This document shows, one piece after another, positions 11,977-25,699 of a DNA stretch of 64,000 nt. The notes beneath the pieces were generated by a model. It made no database searches, was not told the origin of the DNA, and saw nothing but the letters and a program-made list of their open reading frames with translations. The DNA is from Saccostrea cucullata (lineage: Eukaryota): the NCBI RefSeq assembly GCF_032062105.1, contig NW_026933720.1, forward strand, positions 372,001 to 436,000. The letters are read 5' to 3'. The first letter of the stretch is position 1, and each line of letters begins with the position of its first letter. The position numbers and the translations under genes were made by a program.

Positions 11977-14900
11977 ATGGGATGCTTTGATTCCTTAGGA
12001 TATATCTACCTTGTAATTGTTAATGGACTATTTATGGTAAGTATTGCGTTTTTTCCCTAGATTTCCTTTTCTCTTGAACATCTTTTTTTAAAATTCTTAT
12101 TAGGCCTTAATTAATCTAAGTCTGCTGCGATTCTCAATAAAATTCCAAGAGACCACAATTTTTAAGTGATGTCATTTTGAATGCGTGGAATCAAGGGCGA
12201 GGGACATTTTAGCGAAATTGCCAAAGGTGTGAATGGACAATTTAGCGTAAAATTTATAGGACAATTTAGCTAAAGAAAAACAGTTACCTGCGAAAAAGAT
12301 TTTTTAAGAAGTTAAATTTAAATTTTCTTTAGAGATTCAATGTGAAGTGAGCAAATATTGACCAATTAACTGCAAAGTGATTACAAACTCTTACGGAAGC
12401 TCCAATGGAACAGATAAAACAAACTCGACCCTAATATACTCAGGAAAGTACACGAGAACATGATAGAACTTCTAAAATACTTTTAATGAAATAAAACCCT
12501 TTAAAGAGATGTTCAATAAGAATAACTTGTTTTTTTTTTTTCGAACTAGAATTATTCTTAGACCATTCTCATTGTTCCTGTTGATGAGCATTGGTTAACG
12601 AAAGAGAAAGATGCACGTATATATTTCTGATTTTTTTGCAAAAGTGTTCGCTCAAATTTTGCTAAAATTTCCTTTAAATCTTTCATTAAACCTTCAAATT
12701 GTCGCGCTGCAGGTTGCACAACAGTATTACATTCTGCTATATATTCTTACCAAAAAATGCGCAAGTTTGAGTAGATGTGATTAATTTAAAACAAACTTCT
12801 GGGAAGTTTCCTTTTCAGACCTTGTAAAACCATTCTTTATAAAGATTTTAGTACCAAAAAATACATAGCCATCCAGCAAGGCACGCAAGTTTGTCTCGGT
12901 CGAAGCAGGTGCTTGAAAATCTAGTCCATGGCCTAATCACTCCCCACTCTTGACAGTATAAAGAAAAATCAGCACGCCCTAAATTTTAATAAATCTTTTA
13001 AATACATGAAGTTTACATGTTGTTTTTCATCTCATAAAAAATTCAGCTCCAGTCTCGTATCAAAATGCCCGAATCGGAAGGGAAAATTCCGGGATTATTT
13101 TCATGGCGTAAGCCATGATTTGACATGAACCCGAGTGAAATAATGTTATGACACCTGTAATTTGTGAATTTCATTGAATTAAGAAATTTAGGAATTGCAA
13201 AAGAAAACCTTGATGTGTAATTATGGAGCTTTCAGTTATTTTAAATTTGAGTGTGGAGACAAACCGCCGTCTTTAAAATTGAAATCAAACGCCACACTTG
13301 TATTGCCATCTCTCCCACCCCCTCATTATCCTGTACACTATTCATATTTTGTTACAGTTATTTGCCATTCTGTTGATCGTCCCGGGGGCTGTGATGCTGG
13401 CAGACATCACATACGTGAATGAGAAAGTGGTTCCGCTGATGAAAACCATGTCAGTGGGGAGCTTTAACGCGGCGGACCTCGCCGACGGGCTGGCCATTAC
13501 TATGGTGGTCATAGGGGGTCTCATCCTCGTCATAGCCACCCTGGGGATCTGTGGCGCCTGCAAGAAAGCCAAGGGTTGTCTCTGTGTGGTGAGGTCCTTT
13601 GTTTAATTAAAAAAAATTCTATAGTTAAAATAAAGGCTGATTATTTGCTTTTGGTGACATTAAGTTTATAAATTTAATAATTATTTCATCATTCCTATAT
13701 TTAGTATTCCCTCATTGTGTTGAGTCTGCTGGTTGGTAAAGTCATCGTTGTGGTCCTGTGGGTTTTGATGAATGCAGAGGTAAGTACTTCAAAATTTATG
13801 CACATTACGGTATTTAAGGAAACATTCATGTTTTAAAGAGTAAACACAATTGACATAATCTTGTTATATCAAAATTATAACTTGTTTACAGTTAGATTAG
13901 CATTATTGCTTTCAAGACTTAGAAATGTTGTTTAAAGGTTTTTTAAAGCTTGAATCGTGCAATATTACGAAACCTCGAGATTTACGTACCTGATGATGTC
14001 TACACAGATTTAATTTGATATAACATTACATGTTGTATTTTTATTGACAGGTACAGTCGTACTTAAAATCTCAGTTGTTGTCCCAGCTAACGAATAAATA
14101 CTCGGCGGACGACCTAACAACGGACGAGATATCCACAGCATTCAACTTCCTGTTTATGACGGTAATGCAGCATCAATAATAAAAAAAATTAATAAGAGGT
14201 TTACATTAAAACATTCTTTATTCTAAAAATTATGTTTTCAAATATATATGAGCATACATTATGTCTTGTACATATCGATGTATTAACTGTTTGGTATGGA
14301 CGTTTAAAAAAAAGAATTATTCCTAAGTTGCTGAAACCTAAAATCAATGTTAAAAGAAAAGTTAAACCCGTTTTATAAATTATCGTGCATTTTTAGCTGG
14401 AGTGCTGCGCAGTAAACGCAGTGACGGGACAAACAAACGATTTTGACAACACCCCTTGGATAGCTGGAGCCGGAAGTAAACACATTCCCATCTTTTGCTG
14501 TTCCGGTATAGACGCCAATTCTGCTGGCGCCACCTACACGGCCTGTACAGACAACGTGAGTGCGGGTTACTACAGCATTGTAAGTCTTGGTGATATCTTT
14601 CTTCCGATAAATAATTAATATTTGATAGCTTACCATATGGACTGAGTGGGTGCAACTGTCAGATTAAAAATCAACAACCTCTGTCTCTCAGGACGTTGCA
14701 CATGACTGGTTGAAGATATTATCGTCATGCAATATTTACATTATTCCTTGAGTGTAGTCGACTTACCCTTTACAGTTTTCTATTTTATGTCGAGCAAAGC
14801 TCCTGATTTTGATCATTCAAATGAAAGGATTCTATGGAAAATTCTCTCCCTTATACCATCCAAATGTAAAATATGAAAGTGACTGACATATATCTCATAG

Positions 14901-15671
14901 TCGTTAACTTTGATTCGACCCTGAAATTTTAATAAAAGTCAACTTATTTGATCCTGTTTCATATTTATTTGTTATAACAGGCACGTAGCATCGTTTTTGA
15001 AAGGGGGGGGCAACCATAGAAAAAAAAATTTCTTTACTTACCTGTAAAAGTTGACAAGCAAAAAAAAAAAAAGAAGAAATTTGGCCAAACTCGAAAATCC
15101 AAGTAGCCAACTTTTTAGTGGCCCCCCTGCCCCCCCCCCCCCCCGTTGCTACGTCCCTGTATATAAGGTAAACGGCAATCAAATCAAATTGCTGGGTGTA
15201 TGTTCGATCCTGTTACATGTAAACCGTATGTATCGTTTGAGAGTTTGATTAAAGATTCCCACTCAGTTTTTAAGGCACCTAACATTTCGTAATTTAAATT
15301 TCATATGAAAACGGTTTATTTGTAACTTTTTCTAAAGGCTTTATTGGCAGTATAACCTTGCACATGTCCATTCTTTTTCAGGGCTGCTACGACGCTTTTT
15401 ATAATCTTATTATGAAATACTCGATCTACTACATTGCCGTTGGAGTAACAATACTTATAGTCGAGGTAAGATTTGATTTGAAATAAAACTGCAATGTTAA
15501 TTAAAATAATATACATGCAGGTTAATGAAGACGTCTTTGATATCTATAAATTGTATATGAATTATTGGTTTTATCTTAGAAACAATTTTTTTCTTTTTTC
15601 AGGTCCTAGGGGTTATATTTGCCTGCTGTATGTGCAAAAAAATCGGCAAGACGGAAAACGGAAAAGTTTAA
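11977..15671 (+). CDS. Tetraspanin paralog B. Exons 11977-12036, 13358-13588, 13705-13779, 14051-14161, 14397-14579, 15382-15465, 15603-15671
   Basis: Starts MGCFDSLGYIYLVIVNGLFM; exon sizes 231/75/111/183/84 match paralogs; EC2 LECCAVN...PIFCC...GCY; tail VLGVIFACCMCKKIGKTENGKV*. Confidence 0.93.
14978..15159. mobile_element. Small G/C-tract MITE in intron of tetraspanin B
   Basis: TIR caggcacgtagcatcg / cgttgctacgtccctg with subterminal poly-G and poly-C tracts. Confidence 0.55.
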
Positions 15672-16225
15672 GGGACAACTGAAGGAGAGAATGTTGCAAC
15701 CTCTTTAAGAAATTCAGTGTATCTGTGATATATTTATTATATTCTTTTGAAAAATATACATGGACGATATTATTTACATCACATCATTACTGAAATTTGT
15801 TTAAATAAAGATTTTATAACAATTGCATCAAGAGATTCTCATTGAATGAGAAAGAATGCTACATCTCACAATTTGTTGTGGTCATTATAGCAAAATTACT
15901 TGCGTAATTTCGGAGAACAAAAAAAAAATTGTTATATATCGTAAAAAACAAGTATATATGCATTCGTGTAATTTAAACTTTCAAGATTTTTTTTGTTATT
16001 GTAAAATACGTACAATTTTGATTTTAAACTTTAAATATATGGCACATTGTATAAAACAAATGTTAAACATACATAGTACATGTTTAGCTTCAAAGAATTG
16101 TCAAGAGAGAAAAATCAAAGACGGATCACAATTTGGATCAAGCTACTGAGACAAAAAGTGCACTACGGTTGATTTTCTGGACGGAATAAAGTATTTACGG
16201 ACACACACAGTCGTTCATTTTCCTG

Positions 16226-19200
16226 CTACACCATTTTGGCAGCTCCGGATAATCCCGTTCCGTCCTCGCCTCCGTTCTTTATGATTATAATGGCCCCAAC
16301 GAACGCAACAATCTGCAGGACAAAAATTATCAAATTTATATTTTCAGTATTTTGTCTACCTCAACAAATGATAAAAGCAAAAAGACAACAACAAATATTC
16401 AAAAAAGTAAAATTTCAACCCTAGTGATAAGGAACACCCCAAATTAAACTCTAACATGATAAATAAACTTAACTTGACCTTTGACCTTTTCAGCTCAAAA
16501 ACAGTAGCTATGTCTTTTTAGGCTATGCATACGGGGTTGTGATAAAACATTTTATTTATAAAATCTCGGAGAAAACTTAAGATATAATCTGGAAACTGTT
16601 ATTTGCATTGTATGAGTTTATTACCTTAACCTTTGATTTTGATCTCAGTACCAAATGGGGTATTGTTTAGGCCATAAGTTTGGACTCTGAAGTGTTACAC
16701 ACTGTCAGATAGTGTTAATTTCTGACCTACATCTTTGACCTCAAAGTCAATACAGATCTTACTATTGAGTTGTGATCAAATATCATTGCAAAAGCTCGGC
16801 TTTCTGAGATATCGTCATGAAATGAAAGTGTTACACACAGTGCAAGAGTAAAAAATTAATAGCAAGCTTTGTTATGATGAATAATAATAATCCTGTTCAC
16901 AATATCGTTTCATATTTCCCCCATGTTTTTGTAATTTGAAGTTGAAGAAATTGACAGCCTTAGAACTTAACACTTCTTCTCTTTAGAAATCGTTAATTCA
17001 ATGTATAAGTAATGAATTAACAATTAGTATTAAAAAAGTCAGTCAGCATTTGACTTGATAAATTGTATTTGCTGACTTTCACATGGTCATTGTATCGACC
17101 ATAGAACTTACGAAATGATGACTTTAAACGAGACTGCTGATATTCTTCAACTTGCATGCTTGTCAATAATTTACCTCGTTTTAGAATTTGTTCATATGTA
17201 GAGCATGCTCTTGTGTATCGAATCAACTGAGATATATACACTCCGTATGCAGGTGATGAAGGTTAAATATTGCTGCATAAGTAAGGGAAGTTGACGATAG
17301 AAAAGTTAAAGCCATCACGTTTATCATAAAGCTTGGTTGTTAGATTACCATTAGTGTCTTTTTCAAGTAAAATATCCAAGTATGAAACAGATGAGTCAGA
17401 CTCAGTGGTATCTTTTATCTCAAGCTCTCCAGGATATATCGTATCGATGTAGGAATGGAAATTACCATGATTGTTAATTGACAATACGTCGTCGATATAT
17501 CTAAATATCGAGTTGAAGGATACAGCAAGTTTTTTTCTTCTTTTCATGCATAAGATTTTGCACAAATTTTGCTTCAAATGAATACAAAAATAGGTCTGTT
17601 AATTACAAGTGCAATTGGTACCCATGGGAATTCCAATAGATTTGTTGGAAGACCTGGTCTCCAAAAACCACATGGATATTGTCAATCAAAAACTCAAGCA
17701 TCTTTTTGAGGTCAACTTCAGAGTACTTGTGTGTGCAATCAGAATGTGTTTTAATAAAATAAGTAAACTTACGAGTTCCATTTTTATTGAAAAACAGCTG
17801 TTAATGATATCAAAAAGCCTTGACTTTAATTTATCGTGGGGAATGATTGTGTATAAAGTTGAAAAGTCGTAAGTTTTTAAGCTGTTGATTTTGGTAAAAT
17901 CTTGTGATTTCAAATTATCCAAAAGTTCCTTGGAATTTTTGAGTATCCACATCTGATTTACAACACTTCGTCAGTGTATATATTGTTGCACAGTGCTCTT
18001 GGAAGTTTCTTCTTCACCACTGTTAATATCTTAGTGAGAAGTAAAGAAAGATGCTTGATTGAACATTTATTGGAACCCGCTACGTATCTTTGTAAGAATT
18101 CTTATGAAGTTTCGGAATCTATTATACATGTAGTTCAAAATGATTTTAATTCTTTGGTATATTAAATTATTTCTTATCCTGATAGGATAAAGATCCCGAT
18201 CTAACTCTTATCTCGACAGGATAAAAATACCGATCTAATTCTTACCTCGACTAACAGGGTAAATATCCTGATCTAATTCTTACCTCTACTAACAGGTTAA
18301 ATATCCTGATCTAATTCTTACCTCGACTAACAGGGTAAATATCCTGATCTAATTCTTACCTCGACTAACAGGGTAAATATCCTGATCTAATTCTTACCTC
18401 GACTAACAGGGTAGATATCCTGATCTAATTCTTACCTCTACTAACAGGGTAAATATCCTGATCTAATTCTTACCTCTACTAACAGGGTAAATATCCTGAT
18501 CTAATTCTTACCTCGACTAACAGGTTAAATATCCTGATCTAATTCTTACCTCGACTAACAGGGTAAATATCCTGATCTAATTCTTACCTCGACTAACAGG
18601 GTAGATATCCTGATCTAATTCTTACCTCGACTAACAGGGTAGATATCCTGATCTAATTCTTACCTCTACTAACAGGGTAAATATCCTGATCTTATTCTTA
18701 CCTCGACTAACAGGTTAAATATCCTGACCTAATTCTTACCTCTACTAACAGGGTAAATATCCTGATCTAATTCTTACCTCGACTAACAGGGTAGATATCC
18801 TGATCTAATTCTTACCTCGACTAACAGCGTTAAAACTCCGACGACAATAAACGCCGTGCTATAACTGCTGAGGGCATCATACGTGGCATCATAACAACCC
18901 TAAAATTCGTATGAAATTCAACTATATAAAAATACATGAAAATATGAATAAAATTTAACATAAATTTAAAAAAATTGCAGTTTGAGGTTGTATTTAAAGA
19001 ATATCTTAAAATTCAATCTCTTACTTAATGGTCATGACCACCAAGGCATCTTAATGTTAGAGTTCACGCACATGTATAAAAATCTCATTCTTAAAAGGGC
19101 TTTCTAATAAAGAAAATAAAATCAAAGAGACTTACTTTAGTGTGGTAGCCTGATGTGACGGTAGTTGTGCATGCAGTGTTAGTCGTTGAGGCGTAATTGG

Positions 19201-19416
19201 AGGCTGTGACTCCAGTACAGCAGAATATCGGGATTTCTTTACCTCCGTTATTGCCTCCAGTGATCCACGCCGAACTATCAAAGTCATTTGTTGTTCCGGT
19301 TACTGCAGTGACGCCACAACAGGAGAGCTGTAGTAAAAATGAAAAGTGTTCTGTTAACCACACTCACACGTACACCCTCACCCATACCCTTACCCTCACC
19401 CCACCCACCGCCACCC

Positions 19417-19447
<31 letters not shown>

Positions 19448-21779
19448 ACAGAAAGAGAGAAATACTTACAGACATGAACATATAGTTCCAAGCAGTTGAA
19501 ATTTCATGCGTTGTCAAGTCGTCCTTTTGATAGTTGGTCTGAAGTTGCTTTAAAAGTTCCGTTTTCATCCAACTTTGGATCTGAATGCATCAATAAAACC
19601 AACAAATGTGAATTACATTCATTTTCACGATTAATACTTCATTATTTCAATACTTCATTTATTTTCATTTCTGATTGATTATTTTAACACCTTGTCGTTC
19701 ATAACAATCCACAAAATAACAACCACCAGCTTAGCCAGGAAGAACACCAGCACTACAATGGCATACTGCAAAGAAAATCACGACAACCAACATTAACTTC
19801 ATCAACGATACTAAAACATAAATAAAGAATTTGATTGTTTTGTCAGATTAATTTCCAGATATATCTGAATGAGAACCTCAACAGAGATAATACAAGCTGA
19901 GGATGAAAGTTGAGAAACCCACAACACTTGACGTTACATATTTTTATCATTCAAAAAATATAACCCCATTAAAATGTGACAAGTGCCTGTGGGGTAACCT
20001 GTGGAAAACTCACAATGATGAGGCAGCACTTCTGCTGACAGAAGGCCCCGCAACAGCCTAGTGTTGAGACAATGAGGACAAAGGCGCCAAAAACGATCAA
20101 GGTCACAGACAGATTTTTGGCCAGGTCCCCAACGTTTAACGCACCGAATGACAGCTGTTGTAGCAGGGGCAATACTTCATCATTGATGACATCAACATCA
20201 GCAAGCATCAAAATTCCTGGAATAAGGATTCCAAGCCCGAGCAACTAAAAATTAAAGATGATGTACTGTCCTTAAGATCCATGTATATGGTAGGCTAGTT
20301 GATTAAAAGGTAAAGGTATTTCAAAATGTATACATGTATTTGATAATGAATTGAATGGAGAACTACAAGAATCCCTGTCTTGATATGGGAATTGGGTTTT
20401 TAGTCCCCTACATACTGATGAAACCGGATGGAACTATAGTTCTCCTTCGAGTTTTTTAGTTGTCTTTCTCTCTGTCAGTCTGTCCCACTTCGTTTTCCGC
20501 ACTTTTTTTCTAAACGCTCAAGCAGATAAGCTGATTTCTGGTATATGACTGTATCTTGATGAGTTACGATCAAGTTTGCATTGCTGATTTTTGACGGAAT
20601 TATGGTATTTTTAATTTTTCATAAGAGGGTACATAATAGTTTGCTTGTGCAAAACTCTCTTATTTTTTATGGCCTTTGTAATTAATTTGGAACTCGAATG
20701 AATTCAAATATAAGTGTATGCAACATATGATTTCATCCATACTGTCTCTAGATTACTGAAATGAACCACTGATATATGGAGATAATTTTTTTTTGTCTGA
20801 GCAACTTTAAATCTATTAATTCGTTTTCCGTTCACTTTAATGAATATTTTTGAATATATTTGTTGTTAAGGTGTCCTTCTCGAGAATTTTTTCTTTCATG
20901 TGGAGACGCCAACACTTGCCGATGGAGAGCTGCAAGTTTTGTCCTATTCTCGGCACTCGGGGCCATTGAGCAGTGAGGGATCTTTTTCGTACCAGCATCT
21001 ACTGCGACGTGCGACCTCGGTTATACAGTCTCATCCGAAGGACCGGTATCCATGTCCCCAAAGTGGTATTCGAACCCGCGAAGTAAGGATAAATTCTTTA
21101 CCCCGTGAGTCTAGAGCAGACGTTCTACCACTTTAAAAAGTGGGAGTTGAAAATCAGCATAGATAGATAAAACCAAAGATGAATGAAGTAATTCTCAACC
21201 ATCATTAAAGCAATCACAGGTTATTTTTAGTATTGACATTATTATGTTAAAGAACTAAATTAAAGACTAAAATATTTTTTTATATAAATTTCAATTTGTC
21301 CAATACTTAATACTTCCTGTAAGCAATACCACTGGTTATAAATGGTAAAAATGCCAGTGTTAGTTTAACTCCATGGATTGAATGATAAATAATAAATCAA
21401 TATACCACTGAACAGGAAAATCTATTATGCCGAATTTGGACTTTAAATTAGACGAACCAAAACAAACGTGATCTTATGCTATATCAGTTTGTAAGACAGA
21501 GGATTTCAAAATCTCAGGCCCATCGTAAGGTCAATGAACACTGAGATTTAAATAAGAATTGTACACCTTTTCATTAAAATGAAGTGTGGACGATTAGAAA
21601 GACATACTGAAATCTAAATACCCCCACGACCCCATATGTGTTCAAACATTTTGTTTTTCAAAAACCATTCGAAGCACACGACCTATAAGGAGTGTACAAC
21701 AAATATACAGTACCATAAATATTAGGTTGATGACCACTAAGAAAAATTTGACACATTTTCCTCCGCAAGACAGCGCCAT
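16226..21779 (-). CDS. Tetraspanin paralog C. Exons 21779-21714, 20244-20014, 19765-19691, 19580-19470, 19327-19136, 18899-18816, 16312-16226
   Basis: Starts MALSCGGKCVKFFLVVINLIFM; LGCCGAF; EC2 LSCCGV...PIFCC...GCY; tail IVAFVGAIIIIKNGGEDGTGLSGAAKMV*. All junctions are GT-AG and in frame. Confidence 0.93.
17010..18120 (-). mobile_element. Naiad-type Penelope-like RT fragment in last intron of tetraspanin C
   Basis: Frameshifted RT: MWILKNSKELL, YDFSTLYTIIPHDKLK, GIPMG, FRYIDDVLSINN, KLYDKRD, YISQLIRY, FRKFYGRY; no C-terminal GIY-YIG. Confidence 0.85.
18170..18828. repeat. 38-bp minisatellite overlapping the exon 6/intron 6 junction of tetraspanin C
   Basis: Unit tcctgatctaattcttacctcgactaacagggtaaata; cttacc recurs every 38 bp from 18241 to 18811 (16 times), plus 2 degenerate units. 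Confidence 0.95.
20861..21133 (-). mobile_element. tRNA-derived SINE (Deu/Nin-like core)
   Basis: Reverse-complement homolog of 45205-45485: B box ggttcgaatacc, core cttcggatgagac..aaccgaggtc..aaagatccc. Confidence 0.75.
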
Positions 21780-22196
21780 TTTGAATAATTACACCTGAAA
21801 AAAGAAAACACAGTTCAATATACCGCTGTATATCGAAATATTTTACAATGCTATGTTTTTCCTATGAACAAAAATATTAATTATATAAGTAGGTATTTGA
21901 CAGTTAATTAAATACTACAGCGTTTTGGTATCTACAAGGATTCTAGAAAGTTCACAGTAACAGTGACATTTTGTGTCGACCTACTTTTAAATATTTATGA
22001 TAAAAATATAACACTCCTAACAATTTGCACACGTTCAGATGAACCAATATGTTAATATATTTTTTTTTTTACATTTCTGAACGTGTGTTTTAGTGTGTTT
22101 TTGTATGTTTATTGAAGGACAATAACAAAATAATAAACATTTCTGATATACAGATGTTAACGTTAACAAATTTACTAAAGGGGAAGTATTTATTTA

Positions 22197-22445
22197 GGAA
22201 TGAAACAAATTAATACACCTGTGTGTGAAACAAAGTGTGTTTTTGTATGTTTCAAAATGAAACAAATTAAACACCTGTATAATGTCAAACATGAAACAAA
22301 TTAATACACCTGTATTGTTCAAAATGAAACAAATTAATACAAGTATTGAAGTATTTATTGTCAGGAATGAAACAAATTAATACACCTGTATTGGCTATTA
22401 TCAAAATGAAACAAATTAATACACCTGTATTGGCTATTGTCAAAA
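22197..22445. repeat. Degenerate short tandem repeat
   Basis: About 6 copies of atgaaacaaattaatacacctgtat. Confidence 0.8.
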
Positions 22446-23529
22446 TGCTCGGTATGAAACATAACGAAATATTTTCAATAAAATAAAATAATAAATTTAT
22501 GATCAATAATACAAAATGTATGATTTTCATGACTTGTAATTCATTAACCTGAAGTTTTAAAATATATAAGGTACTCGATTCTCCCACTTACCCTTGATAA
22601 TCTCTTCTCTCTAGTATATTCCTCACTTAAACGAGAATTTATGACATGGAAATATTTTTACACACTGCGTAAATGGTTATTTCCAAATACATCGACGTCT
22701 AAAGATCGTTCAAAATTGTTCGATTTGTTTGTTTAAAATGTTCATGCTTCATTGCATCTCTACACACAAATGGCGTTCGATAAATAATAATTTTCATTTC
22801 TTTTCAAGTTGCTCTCAGATAAAAGATTTAAATTTGTGCCAGAGCTTTTGATACATCAACAATTTTTTAATACCTTAAATACATGCAAATTTTATCCTAT
22901 TAAAATCGTCCAACTTTTAGCGTTAACGATTGAGGGGGAGGGGGGGAGGGGGTATTGAAGTATGAATGAAGCATATAGAACACAAAGCCCTAGCGAAAAG
23001 TAAAGATGTTCTTTATTTGATTTTTTATGGATAGACCTGAAAGCGTCATTATTGAAGTTTTACGACTGAACCACATCTGTCATTAATTGAGATGTCTTTT
23101 ACAATATTATTTATATCCTTGTGGAATTGCATGCATTTAATGAAAAGGCAAGTTTATTGCATACTTAAATAAGAATCAATAATTTAAAGTAAATAGTCAG
23201 ACAAAACATCACTTCATTTTCGTCTAAAACAGGAATTTGTGGGACAGAAGTTCATCATAACGTGTGTTTGTTTCGTGATGTAAAGAGTACCTCAAATTTC
23301 CATCAGAATTGATAAAATGTCTGCTTTGGCACCCTATCATGGCCTCCTTGTATGCCTTTAGTGTTACATGTACAAAAAGAACTTTGTTATTTTTGAGAAG
23401 TGTTTTATGGGGTTTCTATTTTAAGTTGTCAGTGAATGAAATGAGGTTTGTAATGTTTTACATTTTAAAGTGAATATATATTAATGTTTGAAATGTTTGA
23501 AAATAAATGATGGAATGTAGGAATATTAC

Positions 23530-24305
23530 AGAAAATCTTATGCATTAAAGAAGAAAAAAAGAAAAGAAGAAAACACTTACTGTGGCCTTCAACGCGACAT
23601 TTAGATATATCGACGACTTATTGTCAATTAACAATGGTAATTTCCATTTCTACGTCGATACGACATATCTTGGTGAGCTTGAGATAAAAGATACCACAGA
23701 GTCTGACACATCTGTTTCTTACTTGGATATTTTACTTGAGAAAGACGTTAATGGTAATCTAACAACCAAACTATATGATGAACATGGTGACTTTAACTTT
23801 TCCATCGTCAGCTTCACTTACCTATGAAGCAATATACCTTCATCACCTGCATTCGGAGTATATATACCGGTATCTCAGTTGATTCGATACGCAAGAGCAT
23901 ACTCTACGTATGAACAATTTCTAAAATGAGGTAAATTATTGACAAGCAAGTTGATGAAACAAGAATATCAGCAGTCTCCTTTAAAGTCATCATTTCGCAA
24001 GTTCTATGGTCGATACAGTGACCTTGTCAGCAAATACAATTTATCATTGAGTTAAATGCTGACAGACGTTTTCATACTAATTGTTAGTCCATTATTTATA
24101 CACTGAGTGACGACGGATTTTTCCGTTATTTCCTGATCATGGCAAGGAGCACACGGCGGGTGTGACCGGTCAGCAGGGGATGCTCACTCCTCCATGGCAC
24201 CTGATCCCACCTCTGATGTTTCGGAGGTCCTGTTTGCTCTGCTCCTATTTTGTATTGTTTTATGGACTTTGAGATCGAATACTGTTCGTTATCTCCATAT
24301 CCTTC
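23530..24305 (+). mobile_element. 5'-truncated Naiad-type Penelope-like element with complete 3' end
   Basis: AFNATFRYIDDLLSINN...ELEIKDTTES...FRKFYGRY followed by the conserved 3' motif at 24146-24305. Confidence 0.85.
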
Positions 24306-24736
24306 ACCTTACTAGATGTCAACTATCATTTGACAAAGAAAAATGTCATTACATTTTAGTTTTAAATTTTGATCATTTTTGAATATCTTTATATTGAGCT
24401 CTTCTTCTAAAGGAGATCAATGTAGTCAGAAAATGACCACAACCATCAAGCACTCCTAAAGTGTAGCGTTGAATTATATACAGGAAAAATGTGTTAAAAT
24501 CCATGTTTTTATTATAAACAAGAATACATTTTTTTTAACTGATATACCAGCAACTTCATTCTGCGTGTGTTCACATTAATAAAACTCTCCTTTCTTCTTA
24601 GGTGAGCGATGTGGCCAATAAGTTTGTCATTTCCATTTGCATTAAACAGCAAAACAAAAGATGGAATGAACCTTAGACTTATTGTGACCAAATATTTGAA
24701 GGTTTATTTAATGTTTTTTTTTTCTTTTGATTTAGA

Positions 24737-25490
24737 TAATGCCACTAAAACAGCTCCAGACTGATAAACCACATCTTGGATGGCCAATTATCAGAGAACA
24801 ACTATCAATCATCAATTAGAAGCACTCGTTCTCCTTTGCATGAATCACCATCAACCAGTAAACCAAATACATACACTGCCAAACTAAGGACACCTATATC
24901 AACCATTACCAAAAGTCAAGTTCAGGAATTCCTATATCATCGTGGACTGAAAATGAGGAACGGCTTCTGACAGATGAAAGGTATAGCAAATCTACTGAAT
25001 TATTTAAGACAAGAAATAATAATTCGTTGTGAGAAGGCAATGTCTTCAAGACATTGCCCAGAAACTACTTCAAGTTTTCAACACAAAGATCACTGGAAAT
25101 CAAGCGATGTATAAGTATAACTCTCTGAAGAAAAAGTGGAAAGTTAGTGATGCACCATCAGGTTCAGCTGCGAAGAAAGTCCTATACAAAGATTGTACAA
25201 ATGCAAGCACAAGACCAAAATTTGTATTGGACACAGATGATGAGCCTACTCAGTAATTCAAGCTCAACTTCAAAGGAAGGTGAAAAAATTCTGATCCTAA
25301 AATAGGCTCTTCCTCGGTGTCCAACACAAAATTCAACACAAAATGCAGGAAAAGGAAGTATGATGTATACACTCTTATTCAAAAACATCATGAAGAATTT
25401 CTTACAAAAACAACGAAAGTACACGAGAAAAAACTAGATAGATTTGATAAATTCCTCTAGTTGATGGAACAGAGTAGATGAAAAATAAGA
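24737..25490 (+). pseudogene. Decayed Myb/SANT-like DNA-binding ORF of a Harbinger element
   Basis: WTENEERLL...LQDIAQKL...ITGNQAMYKYNSLKKKWK; frameshifted; convergent with the Harbinger transposase remnant. Confidence 0.65.
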
Positions 25491-25699
25491 AACTCGCCTC
25501 TTGAACCAATCACGGATAGTGATTAACCGGCATCTTTGAACATATGAAAGTGTTTCAATATGTTGTAATTGTTAACCATTTTCTGATATTGTTTACTCAA
25601 GTTTGAATGTCTTGTTTATACACTCAGTACAACGGATAGTGGTTTATCAGCATCCTTGAACACATGTTATGGAGTATACACTTTTTAGCTTAATTTTAC

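Noticed and set aside
17010-18120. Selenoprotein-type Naiad with in-frame UGA
   Set aside because: The copy is frameshifted and truncated; its stops look like decay, and I could not identify a SECIS.
18170-18828. CRISPR-like array
   Set aside because: Units are head-to-tail with no unique spacers, there are no cas genes, and the context is a eukaryotic intron.
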